Below are positions 52,264 through 60,916 of a stretch of DNA of 64,000 bases, one piece after another. Positions within the stretch are counted from its first letter, which is position 1, and the number at the start of each line of letters is the position of its first letter. The stretch is from an uncultured Thermotogae bacterium. GTDB lineage: Bacteria; Bipolaricaulota; Bipolaricaulia; UBA7950; UBA9294. A program made the translations under genes and the position numbers. The stretch spans positions 12,559 through 76,558 of the forward strand of contig CAZORQ010000003.1 of assembly GCA_964582285.1 (NCBI GenBank), given 5' to 3'. Under the pieces are notes generated by a model. It was not told where the DNA came from. It was given only the letters and a program-made list of their open reading frames with translations, and did not search any database.

Positions 52264-52836
52264 CTAGAGCCCGATCCTCCGGGCGTAGCCGACGAGGCCG
52301 GCCCGCGTATGGATTGAGAGTTTGCTCATCAACTGCTGGCTGTACGCCTCGATGGTCTTGGGGCGCAACTGAAGCCTCTCGGCGATCTCGCAATTTGTGG
52401 CCCCTTGGGCAATCTGTTGCAGGACCTCTCGCTCCCGCTCTGTGAGCTCACCGGCAAACGGAATGGCGTTGCCTGCCGCCACGGCGTGAATGGCATCAAT
52501 CAGCTCCTCGATTGGAGCTGATTTCGCGATCAGCCCGCACGCGCCGCGGGCACAGGCCGTCACAGCGTATTCCGGCTCCGAGTGCATGGAAAGCATGAGA
52601 ATCCGAGTGGTCTGGCTGGCGTCATGGATTTGAGCAATCACATCGAGTCCACTCGTGTCCGGAAGGGCGATGTCGAGAAGCAAGACATCGGGCCGGTACT
52701 CCGCTGCGATCTGAACCGCTTCGGCTCCGTTGCCGACGGACGCGACAACGTCGATTCCAGGTTGCGAGCGGATCAGATCCGACAGCGCATCACGAATCAA
52801 TCCGTGGTCGTCAACGATTGCGACGCGGATCTGCAT
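52264..52836 (-). CDS. Response regulator, NarL/LuxR type (REC + HTH)
   Basis: Start moved to ATG 52836 (GGAGG upstream). MQIRVAIVDDHGLIR.., ..VLLLDIALP.., ..LTEREREVLQQIAQGATNCEIAERLQLRPKTIEAY... Confidence 0.88.
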   Translation of the reverse strand: MQIRVAIVDDHGLIRDALSDLIRSQPGIDVVASVGNGAEAVQIAAEYRPDVLLLDIALPDTSGLDVIAQIHDASQTTRILMLSMHSEPEYAVTACARGACGLIAKSAPIEELIDAIHAVAAGNAIPFAGELTEREREVLQQIAQGATNCEIAERLQLRPKTIEAYSQQLMSKLSIHTRAGLVGYARRIGL

Positions 52837-54055
52837 CGAATGGAACCTCCACGGAGACAATCGTACCGCTGCTCGGAGCTTGTCGGAGCGAGAAAACGCC
52901 GCCGCTGATCTCAACACGTTCACGAATGCTACGGAGGCCGAGTCCCTGAAGGTTCCCTGGTTGGCATCCGATTCCGTTGTCTTCAACTACCAGGCGGCAA
53001 ACGCTGCCTTCGGCGCGAAGTGTGAGGGATACATGCGTGGCATCGGCATGGCGAACCACGTTTAGCATGGCCTCTTGTGCGACGAAGAACAGAAGACTCT
53101 CGATGCTAACATGCGGGCGGTCTGCAAGACGCAGATCCGTATCTACCGCAATCCCGTGCTCCGCAGCAACCGATTCGGCGAGACGCTCGAGCGAAGGAAG
53201 CAATCCCAGATCGTCGAGGAGTGGCGGGCGGACGGAGTACGCCAGACGTCTCGTCTGCTCGATGGATTGATCGACGATGCCGCAAACCTCGCCATAGGCC
53301 TCGGACCCAAGGCGCTCCTTCTGTGGCGTCAGGCGGAGTTTGATTGCAGCGAGCGTTTGGATCAGATCGTCGTGGAGGGTGCGTGCGATCCGTCGGCGTT
53401 CCTCATCTTGGGCTGTTAGCAGACGCCGCGACAGCCGGGACAGCTCTCGTTCGCGTCGGGCGAGCATCCGGTTCTTGTGTGCGAAGACATCGGCGAACGA
53501 GCGGACAGTGAGGGCGATCACTGCGTACATGCCGACTGCGCCGGCGAGAATCGTTGCCAACGTGTACGCTAGGCTTCGGTGGGGCTCGCCGACAAACGAG
53601 AACAGTGACCGGTGCGGGATCAGCGCAGCATATTCGAGCAGCACCAGTGCAGAATAGGAGAGCACGACAAGCAGCGTGACCAGTGAGCCATGAAACCGCG
53701 TAAGGAATATGTTGGCGTAGATGACGGTGAATATGTAGAAGGTTACGCCGATCCACTCGCTTCCGCCCATGAAGTGAACAAGGAACGTAATGAGGAGGAC
53801 CTCAGCGAGAAAGAAGCCGGTGTGAACCCAGTGCAGAGAACGGAGCGTTCGCTGGCGGTCCACGAGATACTTGAACGGGAAGGTTAGTAGGAACCAAACA
53901 AGAGGGGAGTAGAAGAGCGGATTGAGATAGCTCATCCGACTTGCGAAAAGAACGACGAGGGCAACCGCGGAGAAGACGCCAAGGGTCATCCTTCGGACGA
54001 AGATCGTGCGGGCGATCCCCCGCCGAAGCTCGTCGAAATCGGTGATGTCATACAT
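52811..54055 (-). CDS. Sensor histidine kinase, HisKA_3 (NarX/DesK-like) with six closely spaced TM helices and no obvious periplasmic domain
   Basis: Start moved to ATG 54055 (AAGGAGAG upstream). H-box ..RRRIARTLHDDLIQTL... HATPase ..VRHADATHV..VEDNGIG..GLGLRSIRERV... Confidence 0.85.
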   Translation of the reverse strand: MYDITDFDELRRGIARTIFVRRMTLGVFSAVALVVLFASRMSYLNPLFYSPLVWFLLTFPFKYLVDRQRTLRSLHWVHTGFFLAEVLLITFLVHFMGGSEWIGVTFYIFTVIYANIFLTRFHGSLVTLLVVLSYSALVLLEYAALIPHRSLFSFVGEPHRSLAYTLATILAGAVGMYAVIALTVRSFADVFAHKNRMLARRERELSRLSRRLLTAQDEERRRIARTLHDDLIQTLAAIKLRLTPQKERLGSEAYGEVCGIVDQSIEQTRRLAYSVRPPLLDDLGLLPSLERLAESVAAEHGIAVDTDLRLADRPHVSIESLLFFVAQEAMLNVVRHADATHVSLTLRAEGSVCRLVVEDNGIGCQPGNLQGLGLRSIRERVEISGGVFSLRQAPSSGTIVSVEVPFDADPRRNR

Positions 54056-54143
54056 TGTTGTTCGGCTCTCCTTTGGTCTTGTCGGACGGATCGTAGCGAG
54101 CCGACGGAGACGGCACAAGAACATGGCTGCCGATTCGCCGGGC

Positions 54144-54171
54144 TTGAGGCGAACGGTGTGGGGGATATCAT
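54144..54171 (+). promoter_or_regulatory. Putative sigma-70-type promoter of dxr
   Basis: TTGAGG (54144-54149), 16-nt spacer, TATCAT (54166-54171), then GGAGGAGG and ATG 54192. Confidence 0.35.
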
Positions 54172-54191
54172 CGCTCCGCGGAGGAGGCTCG

Positions 54192-55391
54192 ATGACACGC
54201 CAAGCCAAACGAATCGCAGTGCTCGGATCGACGGGATCCATCGGGACCCAGACGCTCGATGTGATCGAGCGCCTGGGCAACACCGGATGGCAGTTCAAGG
54301 TTGTCGGACTCGCGGCGGGGGCAAACACCGATCTGCTGATCGCTCAAGTCGAAACTCACAAGCCGAGCGTTGTGTCGATCGCAGCAGAGCACGAGATCGA
54401 ATCGCTTCGGCAGACCCTTTCCAACAACATCGAGATCCAGCACGGGGCAGCGGGGTTGATGCATCTCGCCGAGCGTGAAGATGTGGATACTCTTGTGAAC
54501 GCAGTATATGGGGCAGCCGGACTCCCACCGACGCTGGCTGCGCTCGCGCTCGGGAAGACCGTCGCATTGGCGAACAAGGAGAGCGTTGTGATCGGAGGAA
54601 GTCTCATTCGGAGGCTGCTTTCCGAGCATGGCGGCAAGCTTCTCTCGATTGACAGCGAACACCATGCCCTGCACCAGTGTCTTCATGGACACGATGCGAG
54701 CGATGTCTCGCGTCTGCTGCTCACGGCATCGGGCGGACCGTTTCTCCACGCCGATCCGGAGACGTTGGCCGATGTCACACCGGAGGCCGCGCTTCAGCAT
54801 CCAACATGGTCCATGGGGCGCAAGATCACGATTGACTCAGCGACGATGGTGAACAAGGCATTCGAGGTCATCGTCGCCCATCACCTATACGACGTGCCCT
54901 ACGATCGGATTGATGTTGTCATTCACCCGGATTCCTACATTCACTCGCTTGTCGAGTTTCGTGAAGGATCGATCAAGGCCGAGCTAGGACCGCGCGACAT
55001 GAGGATTCCGATTCAGAATCTGTTGATCGATCCGCATCGAGTGGATACAGGACTTCCGAAGTTGGCATTGGACAAGCCGCTGCAACTGAATCTCCTGCCG
55101 TTCGAGGAGAGTCGCTTTCCGGCCTACTCCACCGTGATCTCCGCGGCACGGGAGGGAGGAAGCGCATTGGCGGCGATCAATGCAGCCGATGAAGTGCTTG
55201 CCTACCGTTTCATCGACGGTGAGGTCCGGTTCACGGAGATTGCTTCCGGTTTGCAGGCCATTCTGGAGCGCTGGCGAAACGAGAAGAGACACGAGTCGGG
55301 CGACCGAGCTCCGGAGCTCACTCGGATTCTCGAGGTCGATCGTTGGGCCCGCGATGTGGCGCGCGACCTCGCGTTCGATTCCTGCGCATAA
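54192..55391 (+). CDS. dxr: 1-deoxy-D-xylulose 5-phosphate reductoisomerase
   Basis: ..RIAVLGSTGSIGTQTLDVI.., ..ALANKESVV.., ..IDSEHHAL.Q.., ..LTASGGPF.., ..HPTWSMG.KITIDSATM.NK..E... Confidence 0.92.
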   Translation: MTRQAKRIAVLGSTGSIGTQTLDVIERLGNTGWQFKVVGLAAGANTDLLIAQVETHKPSVVSIAAEHEIESLRQTLSNNIEIQHGAAGLMHLAEREDVDTLVNAVYGAAGLPPTLAALALGKTVALANKESVVIGGSLIRRLLSEHGGKLLSIDSEHHALHQCLHGHDASDVSRLLLTASGGPFLHADPETLADVTPEAALQHPTWSMGRKITIDSATMVNKAFEVIVAHHLYDVPYDRIDVVIHPDSYIHSLVEFREGSIKAELGPRDMRIPIQNLLIDPHRVDTGLPKLALDKPLQLNLLPFEESRFPAYSTVISAAREGGSALAAINAADEVLAYRFIDGEVRFTEIASGLQAILERWRNEKRHESGDRAPELTRILEVDRWARDVARDLAFDSCA

Positions 55392-55632
55392 GCGCGGCGC
55401 AAGCGGTTGCGGTGCCAAGTTGCACAGGTGAGGCACAACTGCGCATTCCACGGAAAGCAAGCTGCTGCGTTTGACGTGCCGGCTCATCCCCGCATAGAGT
55501 TCTCTGGCCCGGAAACGAGGCGGCTGTCTCGCGGAGCCTGCTAGGCAAGCGAGAAGGTCCACCGAGCCATCCGGCTTCGATACACGTTCAACCTGCCGCC
55601 CGCGTCCAAACGTCTGTATGCAAGGAGGAGGA

Positions 55633-56709
55633 ATGCAAAACGGCGATGCGATGCAACGGACGATGGAGCTGATCCGTGTGGCTGTTGCTGCGGAGGGATT
55701 TGAGGAACTCTCGAATGATGTCCTACCGCGCTTGGCGGGTTTGACCGCCGCACGATCGGCCTTCCTCTACGTGTCGGACCTCCGGCTTCACGCCCCCCAT
55801 TTCGGGAACTACGATCTTCCGTCGAGCGAGGCGTCCGTGTTGGAGCAACGATGCTCAACGTGGCTCGAGAACGCTCAGGATGCGGAGACCTCTGCAGGCT
55901 CGATGCGTATTCCTATCGAGGATGGGACTGCGTATGCTGTCCATCCGATGCAGGCGGACGGGCGAGTCATTGGAGTGGTCGGTGTGTCGGAAGACGGAAT
56001 GGCCCATCCATCTTCCGGTGGTGGGGTTTGGCCCGGACTGCTTGCGACGCTTGGTCGGGTCGCAGATCACCTTGCAGCTCATGTAAGCGCCGAACGCAAG
56101 CTCCACCACCTTAACACGTACCTGACGGTGAGTAGCATGCTTGCGAAGTCGGTCGATCTTGCGGAACTGCTGGAGATCGCCCTCTACTGCTGTATGGAGA
56201 CGTCATCTGCAGACGCGGCTTCGATCCTCCTGCTGGATGAGACGAAGGAGAACTTCCAGTTCTATCGGGTTGAAGGAGCGGCAAAGCCTCTCCTTGGCGG
56301 CTCAACATTCCCGGCGACGGAAGGCGTTGCCGGACGTGTTCTGGAGAGCCGCGAAGCCGAGATCGTTAATGATGTAGAGAGCGATCCACGTTTCTATGAG
56401 CAGATTGATCTGAAGACCGGATTTCGCACCCATAACTTGATCGCTGTGCCCCTCATTGCCGGCGACGAGAGCGTCGGCGTTCTCGAGGTACTGAATCGGG
56501 CGGACGGCGGGCTGTTTACTGCCGACGAGCGGCTGATTCTCGTTTCGGTGGCGGACGAGATTGCGTTCGCGATTCGGAACGCTACGATCTTCGACTACGT
56601 AGTGAACACGTATTGCAAGCGGCGCCAAGGTCAGAACTCATGCAAGGGATGCGAACGTCCTCTTGGATCTTGGACGCCTTGCATGCGGTATCGGGAGTAC
56701 CTGCCGTAA
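55633..56709 (+). CDS. Tandem GAF-domain protein with C-terminal four-Cys tail
   Basis: The second GAF is clear (..ASILLLDE..FPATEGVAGRVLESREAEIVNDVESDPRF..LIAVPLIAGDESVGVLEVLN..). Tail CKRRQGQNSCKGCERPLGSWTPC. Start is ATG 55633 (after AAGGAGGAGG), 55618 or 55651. Confidence 0.75.
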   Translation: MQNGDAMQRTMELIRVAVAAEGFEELSNDVLPRLAGLTAARSAFLYVSDLRLHAPHFGNYDLPSSEASVLEQRCSTWLENAQDAETSAGSMRIPIEDGTAYAVHPMQADGRVIGVVGVSEDGMAHPSSGGGVWPGLLATLGRVADHLAAHVSAERKLHHLNTYLTVSSMLAKSVDLAELLEIALYCCMETSSADAASILLLDETKENFQFYRVEGAAKPLLGGSTFPATEGVAGRVLESREAEIVNDVESDPRFYEQIDLKTGFRTHNLIAVPLIAGDESVGVLEVLNRADGGLFTADERLILVSVADEIAFAIRNATIFDYVVNTYCKRRQGQNSCKGCERPLGSWTPCMRYREYLP

Positions 56710-56837
56710 GTGTGACGGCGCAAACGGATACGGCTGGGAACTCCGGGATCCCAAGGTATCCTGGAGTTCCCGGCAGGACGTTCACGCTGTTTGGAGTGGT
56801 TGAGTTTCGGTGCAATCGTCCGATCAAGGGAGAGTTG

Positions 56838-59800
56838 ATGGTCACGGAATTACTCAGCGCCTATCTACCGATGGATCGCCGACAAGCGCTGGCAAGTGGG
56901 GTCGATCTGCCAGTCGACACCACAGGCTCAGCACTTCTTGCGGACATCTCTGGATTCACACCACTCACGGAGGCGCTCGTCGCTGGGCTTGGACCGCGCC
57001 GGGGTGCCGAGGAGCTGACTCAACTGCTGAATACCGTCTACACCGCGCTTGTCTCGCGCGTTCACCATTTCGGAGGCAGCATCGTCTGCTTCATTGGAGA
57101 CGCGCTTGTCAGTGTATTCCCTGACGACCGGGGCCTGCGCGGATTGGCCTGTGGGCTGCAGATGCAGCGGGCGATGAAGCAGTTTCAGGCGATGTCTGCA
57201 CCGCAGGGAGGGCGCGTGTCCCTTGGGATGAAGGCGGCAGTGGCCGTCGGTCCGCTCCGGCGTTTTGTGGTCGGTGATCCGGAGATCCAGCTGATGGATG
57301 TACTGGCCGGAGCGACGGTGGATCGACTGGCAGAGGCGGAGCATCTTGCAAAGCAAGGAGAAGTGATTGCTGCGCCTGAGGCTATCAGGAATACGAAGCA
57401 AGATGCTGTTGTGGAGGCATGGCGAGGGCGCTTTGGCGTGGTGGGAGGGCTCAGGACGGCTGCGGAACCTAGTCCGTGGGTGGACGCAGCCGACGATCTC
57501 AATCCAGAATGGCTTCGCCCCTACCTCCTCGTTCCCGTGCATGAACGCGTCCAACGCGAGCAGGCAGAGTTTCTCGCGGAGTTGCGGCCGGTCTCTGTGC
57601 TGTTTCTCCGGTTCACTGGCATCCATTATGACGAAGATCCTGCTGCAGGGGAGAAGCTCGACGCATTCACGGCATGGGTTCAGGGCGTGGCGGACCGCTA
57701 TGGCGGATACGTTCTGTTGCTGACGACTGCCGATAAGGGAAGTCACCTCTACATCGTGTTCGGTGCGCTCGAAGCACACGAAGATGATCGTCAGCGCGCC
57801 GTTGCTGCAGCGATGAGGCTGGCGAAGCCGCCCACAATCCTCGGTTTCATCTCCGGGGTTCAGATTGGAGTGAGCCATGGACGTGCGCGGGTTGGGGCGT
57901 ACGGCGGAGAGACTCGCAGAACATATGGAGCACTCGGAGATGCGGTCAACTTGGCTTCCCGGCTCATGGCCGTGGCGCCGATCGGTGAGATTCGTTGCAG
58001 CGAGTCGATCTACGAAGCTGCGAAGGGCCGTTGGGTGTTTGACACGCTGCCGAGCGTTGTGCTTAAGGGGATGGAGGAACCCCAGCCGGTGTACCGACCT
58101 CGAGGTCGAGAACGGGGCCACCGCAACGCGATGTCGAGCAAACTGATCGGGCGACGGGGAGAGCTGGCTGTTCTCAAGCAAGGGCTGAATGCTGCGAAGG
58201 GTGGTGAGAGGCGGATCCTGTTTGTCGAGGGAGAGGCAGGAATCGGCAAGAGCCGACTTGTTGAGGAGATCGTTCGCAGCGCAGATGCCGCAGGCTTCGT
58301 GACACTGCTCGGCGCGGCCGACAGCATCGAGCAGCATACGCCGTATCGCAGCTGGCGGGATCTCCTCAGATCATTCTTCGCGATCGACGAGGCGATGGAG
58401 GCATCACAGCGGAATGAGCAGGTCCTTCAAACGATTGGCGCAATCGATCCAACATACATCGAGCGGGCCGCGCTGCTGAACGATATCCTCGGAATTCGGC
58501 TTCCCGAATCGGATTTGACGCGAAGCTATACCTCTGAAGTTAGGCAGGAGAGCCTTGCTGCGTTGGTCGGCGATCTCCTCGTCCACCGATCCGAGGAAGC
58601 GCCTCTCGTGCTTGTCATCGAGGATACACACTGGCTCGACTCGCTGTCTTGGAAACTTGCTGTCTCAGTGGCGCGGAGTCTGTCCGGTTGTGCGGCTGCA
58701 CTCCTACTAACGCATCGCCCGTATGGCGACGTTGCGCCGGCGATGCATTCAGCGCTGTCCGCAATGAGCGGTGCTGAGAGGCTCCCGCTGGGGCCTCTCG
58801 AGCCCGGGGACACTGCCGAGCTTGCTGCCGCCCGCTTCGATCTGGATCCAGCAGCGCTGCCAGAGCAGGTGGTTGCGTTGCTGACCGAACGGGCCGAAGG
58901 GAATCCCTTCTTCGCCGTGGAGCTGATCGGGGCACTGCGTGATCAAGATCTCTTGATGATCGAAGGAGGGGCATGTCGTGTCGTGGGAGATCCAAGTGCA
59001 CTTCGGGAGAAAGTCCCCGGCACGCTTGAGGGTGTCGTGTTGTCCCGTCTTGACCGGCTTCCCGTAGAGGAGCAGCTGACAGTGAAGGTAGCATCCGTGA
59101 TCGGGAGGAGCTTCGCGCAGCGCACGGTACGTTCCATCTACCCATCACCGATTGATGAGACCACGCTTCGCGCGCATCTTGATCACACGTCGCGTCGCCG
59201 ACTGACGGTTCTCGAAGCCGAGCAGCCCGAACCGAGCTTCGCTTTCCAACACGCGGTGACGCATCACGTGACGTATGACACGCTCCTGTTCGAGCAGCGC
59301 CGTGAGCTTCATCGGCGCGTTGCCGTGTGGTACGAAGAGACATACGACGAAGAGCTAGATCCGTACGTTCCGCTTCTGGCGGTCCACTGGCGTCGGGCCG
59401 GACACGCGGAGAAAGAGTGCGCATACTCTCGGTGGGCTGGCGAACAGGCGGCGATCCGTCACGCGAACGCGGAAGCCGAGATCTACTTTAGTCGTGCGCT
59501 GGAGCTGATCGACGCGCGTAGGGATGGAGGGGAGCCGAACGATCTCGAAGCGCTCCTGCGGCAGCGTGCTCGCACCCTTGGCCTTCTCGGGCGGGTGGAA
59601 GATGAACGTAGCGACCTTGTGCGGCTATTGGAGCTTGCCGATGCATTCGAAGACGTGGAAGGACGAGCAGAGATACTTCTGCTGTGGTCCGGCTTTTGCA
59701 AGCGCTGTGGCCAATTCGACGAGGCGAAAGGACATGCGGAGTTCGCTCTGGTGACGATGGAGGAGACTGGCAATCTCTCCGGTCGAGCAAGGGCGATGGC

Positions 59801-60869
59801 TCGGATTGCCGATGCACTGGAAGGCAAAGGAGCGTTCCACGAAGCCAGGGAAGCCGCGGCGAAGGCGCTTGACGCGTTTCGGGCCGTCGGCGACCGCGGC
59901 GGGCAGGCAACCAGCCTGAAGTCCCTGGGAATCACCTGTGCGCGGCTCGGACAGCTTCCACAGGCGCTCGAGCGGTTCCGCGAAGCCCGGGAGCTGTATC
60001 GCAGGCTCGGAGATCGCAAGGGCGAGGCGGATATCCTGGGTAATCTTGGCGCGCTCAACTACTACCTTGGAGAGTATGAGCGGTGCATCGAGTACACGGA
60101 GCAAGCCCAACCGCTGTTCCACGAGATGGGGAACCGAATCGGATCAGCGAAGTGCCTGACGAACCTTGGAAACTCGTACAGCGCGCTCGGAGCATTTGCC
60201 GATGGATTGGAGCATCACCGGCGAGGATTGGAGCTGTACGTGCAGTTGGAGGACGCCAACGGGCAGGCGGACAGCCTCTGCAACATCGGCATTGCCCTCG
60301 CGGCACATGGCATTGGAGGCCAGCCTGATTTCGTGTTTCGAACCTACGGCGAAGTGGAGAGCCTCGTGGCCGCCAAGGCAGCGACAGATGAAGCAAGGTC
60401 GCTCTATGAGGAGATCGGAAGCCAGCGTGGACTGGCTATTACGGCATACAACTCAGGGCTCTTGAACGTCTGTCTCGGCGATCCTGAACGTGCTGAAAGG
60501 GAGCTGCACGGAGCACTTCAGATGGGGCGTGAATCGGAGCTTGAGCGACTTACAATACGTGCGCTGTCTGCGCTCGCGCGAAGCCACTTCGTGGCGGGGA
60601 ATCTCGAACAGGCGCTCCGCTTCTCGGCCGATGCCCTCGAATCCCTTGGCGATGACCACTCGCCGGTTGCCACCGAGATCCGGTACACGCAGTACCGGAT
60701 CCTCAAGGATCTCAAGCGGTACGATGAAGCGATACCGCACCTGGAGACTGCGTGGCACTCGATCGAAGAACAGGCTGAGCGAATCCGAGACGATGAGACC
60801 CGGAACCGGTTCCTGGGAACGTATCAAGAAATGCATGCCGAGTGGGCACAAAGGAGGACGGCGTCCTAG
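56838..60869 (+). CDS. Tandem class III nucleotidyl cyclase domains + P-loop (STAND/AAA-like) NTPase + TPR array
   Basis: ATG 56838 after AAGGGAGAG. CHD1 ..ALLADISGFTPLTEAL..CFIGDALVSVF... CHD2 ..VLFLRFTGI..GALGDAVNLASRLM... Walker A ..FVEGEAGIGKSRLV... The C-terminal ~450 aa are TPR-like (..LGNLG..Y..G.Y..AI.. repeats). Confidence 0.85.
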   Translation: MVTELLSAYLPMDRRQALASGVDLPVDTTGSALLADISGFTPLTEALVAGLGPRRGAEELTQLLNTVYTALVSRVHHFGGSIVCFIGDALVSVFPDDRGLRGLACGLQMQRAMKQFQAMSAPQGGRVSLGMKAAVAVGPLRRFVVGDPEIQLMDVLAGATVDRLAEAEHLAKQGEVIAAPEAIRNTKQDAVVEAWRGRFGVVGGLRTAAEPSPWVDAADDLNPEWLRPYLLVPVHERVQREQAEFLAELRPVSVLFLRFTGIHYDEDPAAGEKLDAFTAWVQGVADRYGGYVLLLTTADKGSHLYIVFGALEAHEDDRQRAVAAAMRLAKPPTILGFISGVQIGVSHGRARVGAYGGETRRTYGALGDAVNLASRLMAVAPIGEIRCSESIYEAAKGRWVFDTLPSVVLKGMEEPQPVYRPRGRERGHRNAMSSKLIGRRGELAVLKQGLNAAKGGERRILFVEGEAGIGKSRLVEEIVRSADAAGFVTLLGAADSIEQHTPYRSWRDLLRSFFAIDEAMEASQRNEQVLQTIGAIDPTYIERAALLNDILGIRLPESDLTRSYTSEVRQESLAALVGDLLVHRSEEAPLVLVIEDTHWLDSLSWKLAVSVARSLSGCAAALLLTHRPYGDVAPAMHSALSAMSGAERLPLGPLEPGDTAELAAARFDLDPAALPEQVVALLTERAEGNPFFAVELIGALRDQDLLMIEGGACRVVGDPSALREKVPGTLEGVVLSRLDRLPVEEQLTVKVASVIGRSFAQRTVRSIYPSPIDETTLRAHLDHTSRRRLTVLEAEQPEPSFAFQHAVTHHVTYDTLLFEQRRELHRRVAVWYEETYDEELDPYVPLLAVHWRRAGHAEKECAYSRWAGEQAAIRHANAEAEIYFSRALELIDARRDGGEPNDLEALLRQRARTLGLLGRVEDERSDLVRLLELADAFEDVEGRAEILLLWSGFCKRCGQFDEAKGHAEFALVTMEETGNLSGRARAMARIADALEGKGAFHEAREAAAKALDAFRAVGDRGGQATSLKSLGITCARLGQLPQALERFREARELYRRLGDRKGEADILGNLGALNYYLGEYERCIEYTEQAQPLFHEMGNRIGSAKCLTNLGNSYSALGAFADGLEHHRRGLELYVQLEDANGQADSLCNIGIALAAHGIGGQPDFVFRTYGEVESLVAAKAATDEARSLYEEIGSQRGLAITAYNSGLLNVCLGDPERAERELHGALQMGRESELERLTIRALSALARSHFVAGNLEQALRFSADALESLGDDHSPVATEIRYTQYRILKDLKRYDEAIPHLETAWHSIEEQAERIRDDETRNRFLGTYQEMHAEWAQRRTAS

Positions 60870-60916
60870 CATCAAGAACGCCGCCCGAACGGACTTGCCT
60901 CAGCACTCCGGGGAAC

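Noticed and set aside
55392-55617. The 227-nt spacer upstream of the GAF gene, and the 238-nt spacer at 63284-63520, considered as possible riboswitch or sRNA loci.
   Set aside because: I could not recognise any known riboswitch core or a convincing conserved-looking fold by eye. A covariance-model scan (Rfam/Infernal) would be needed.
56838-60869. Reading the P-loop/TPR giant as an Avs/STAND-type antiphage defence protein.
   Set aside because: The N-terminal modules are class III cyclase domains rather than nuclease, protease or TIR effectors. No other defence genes are nearby. The cyclase-NTPase-TPR architecture fits known but uncharacterised signalling proteins better.
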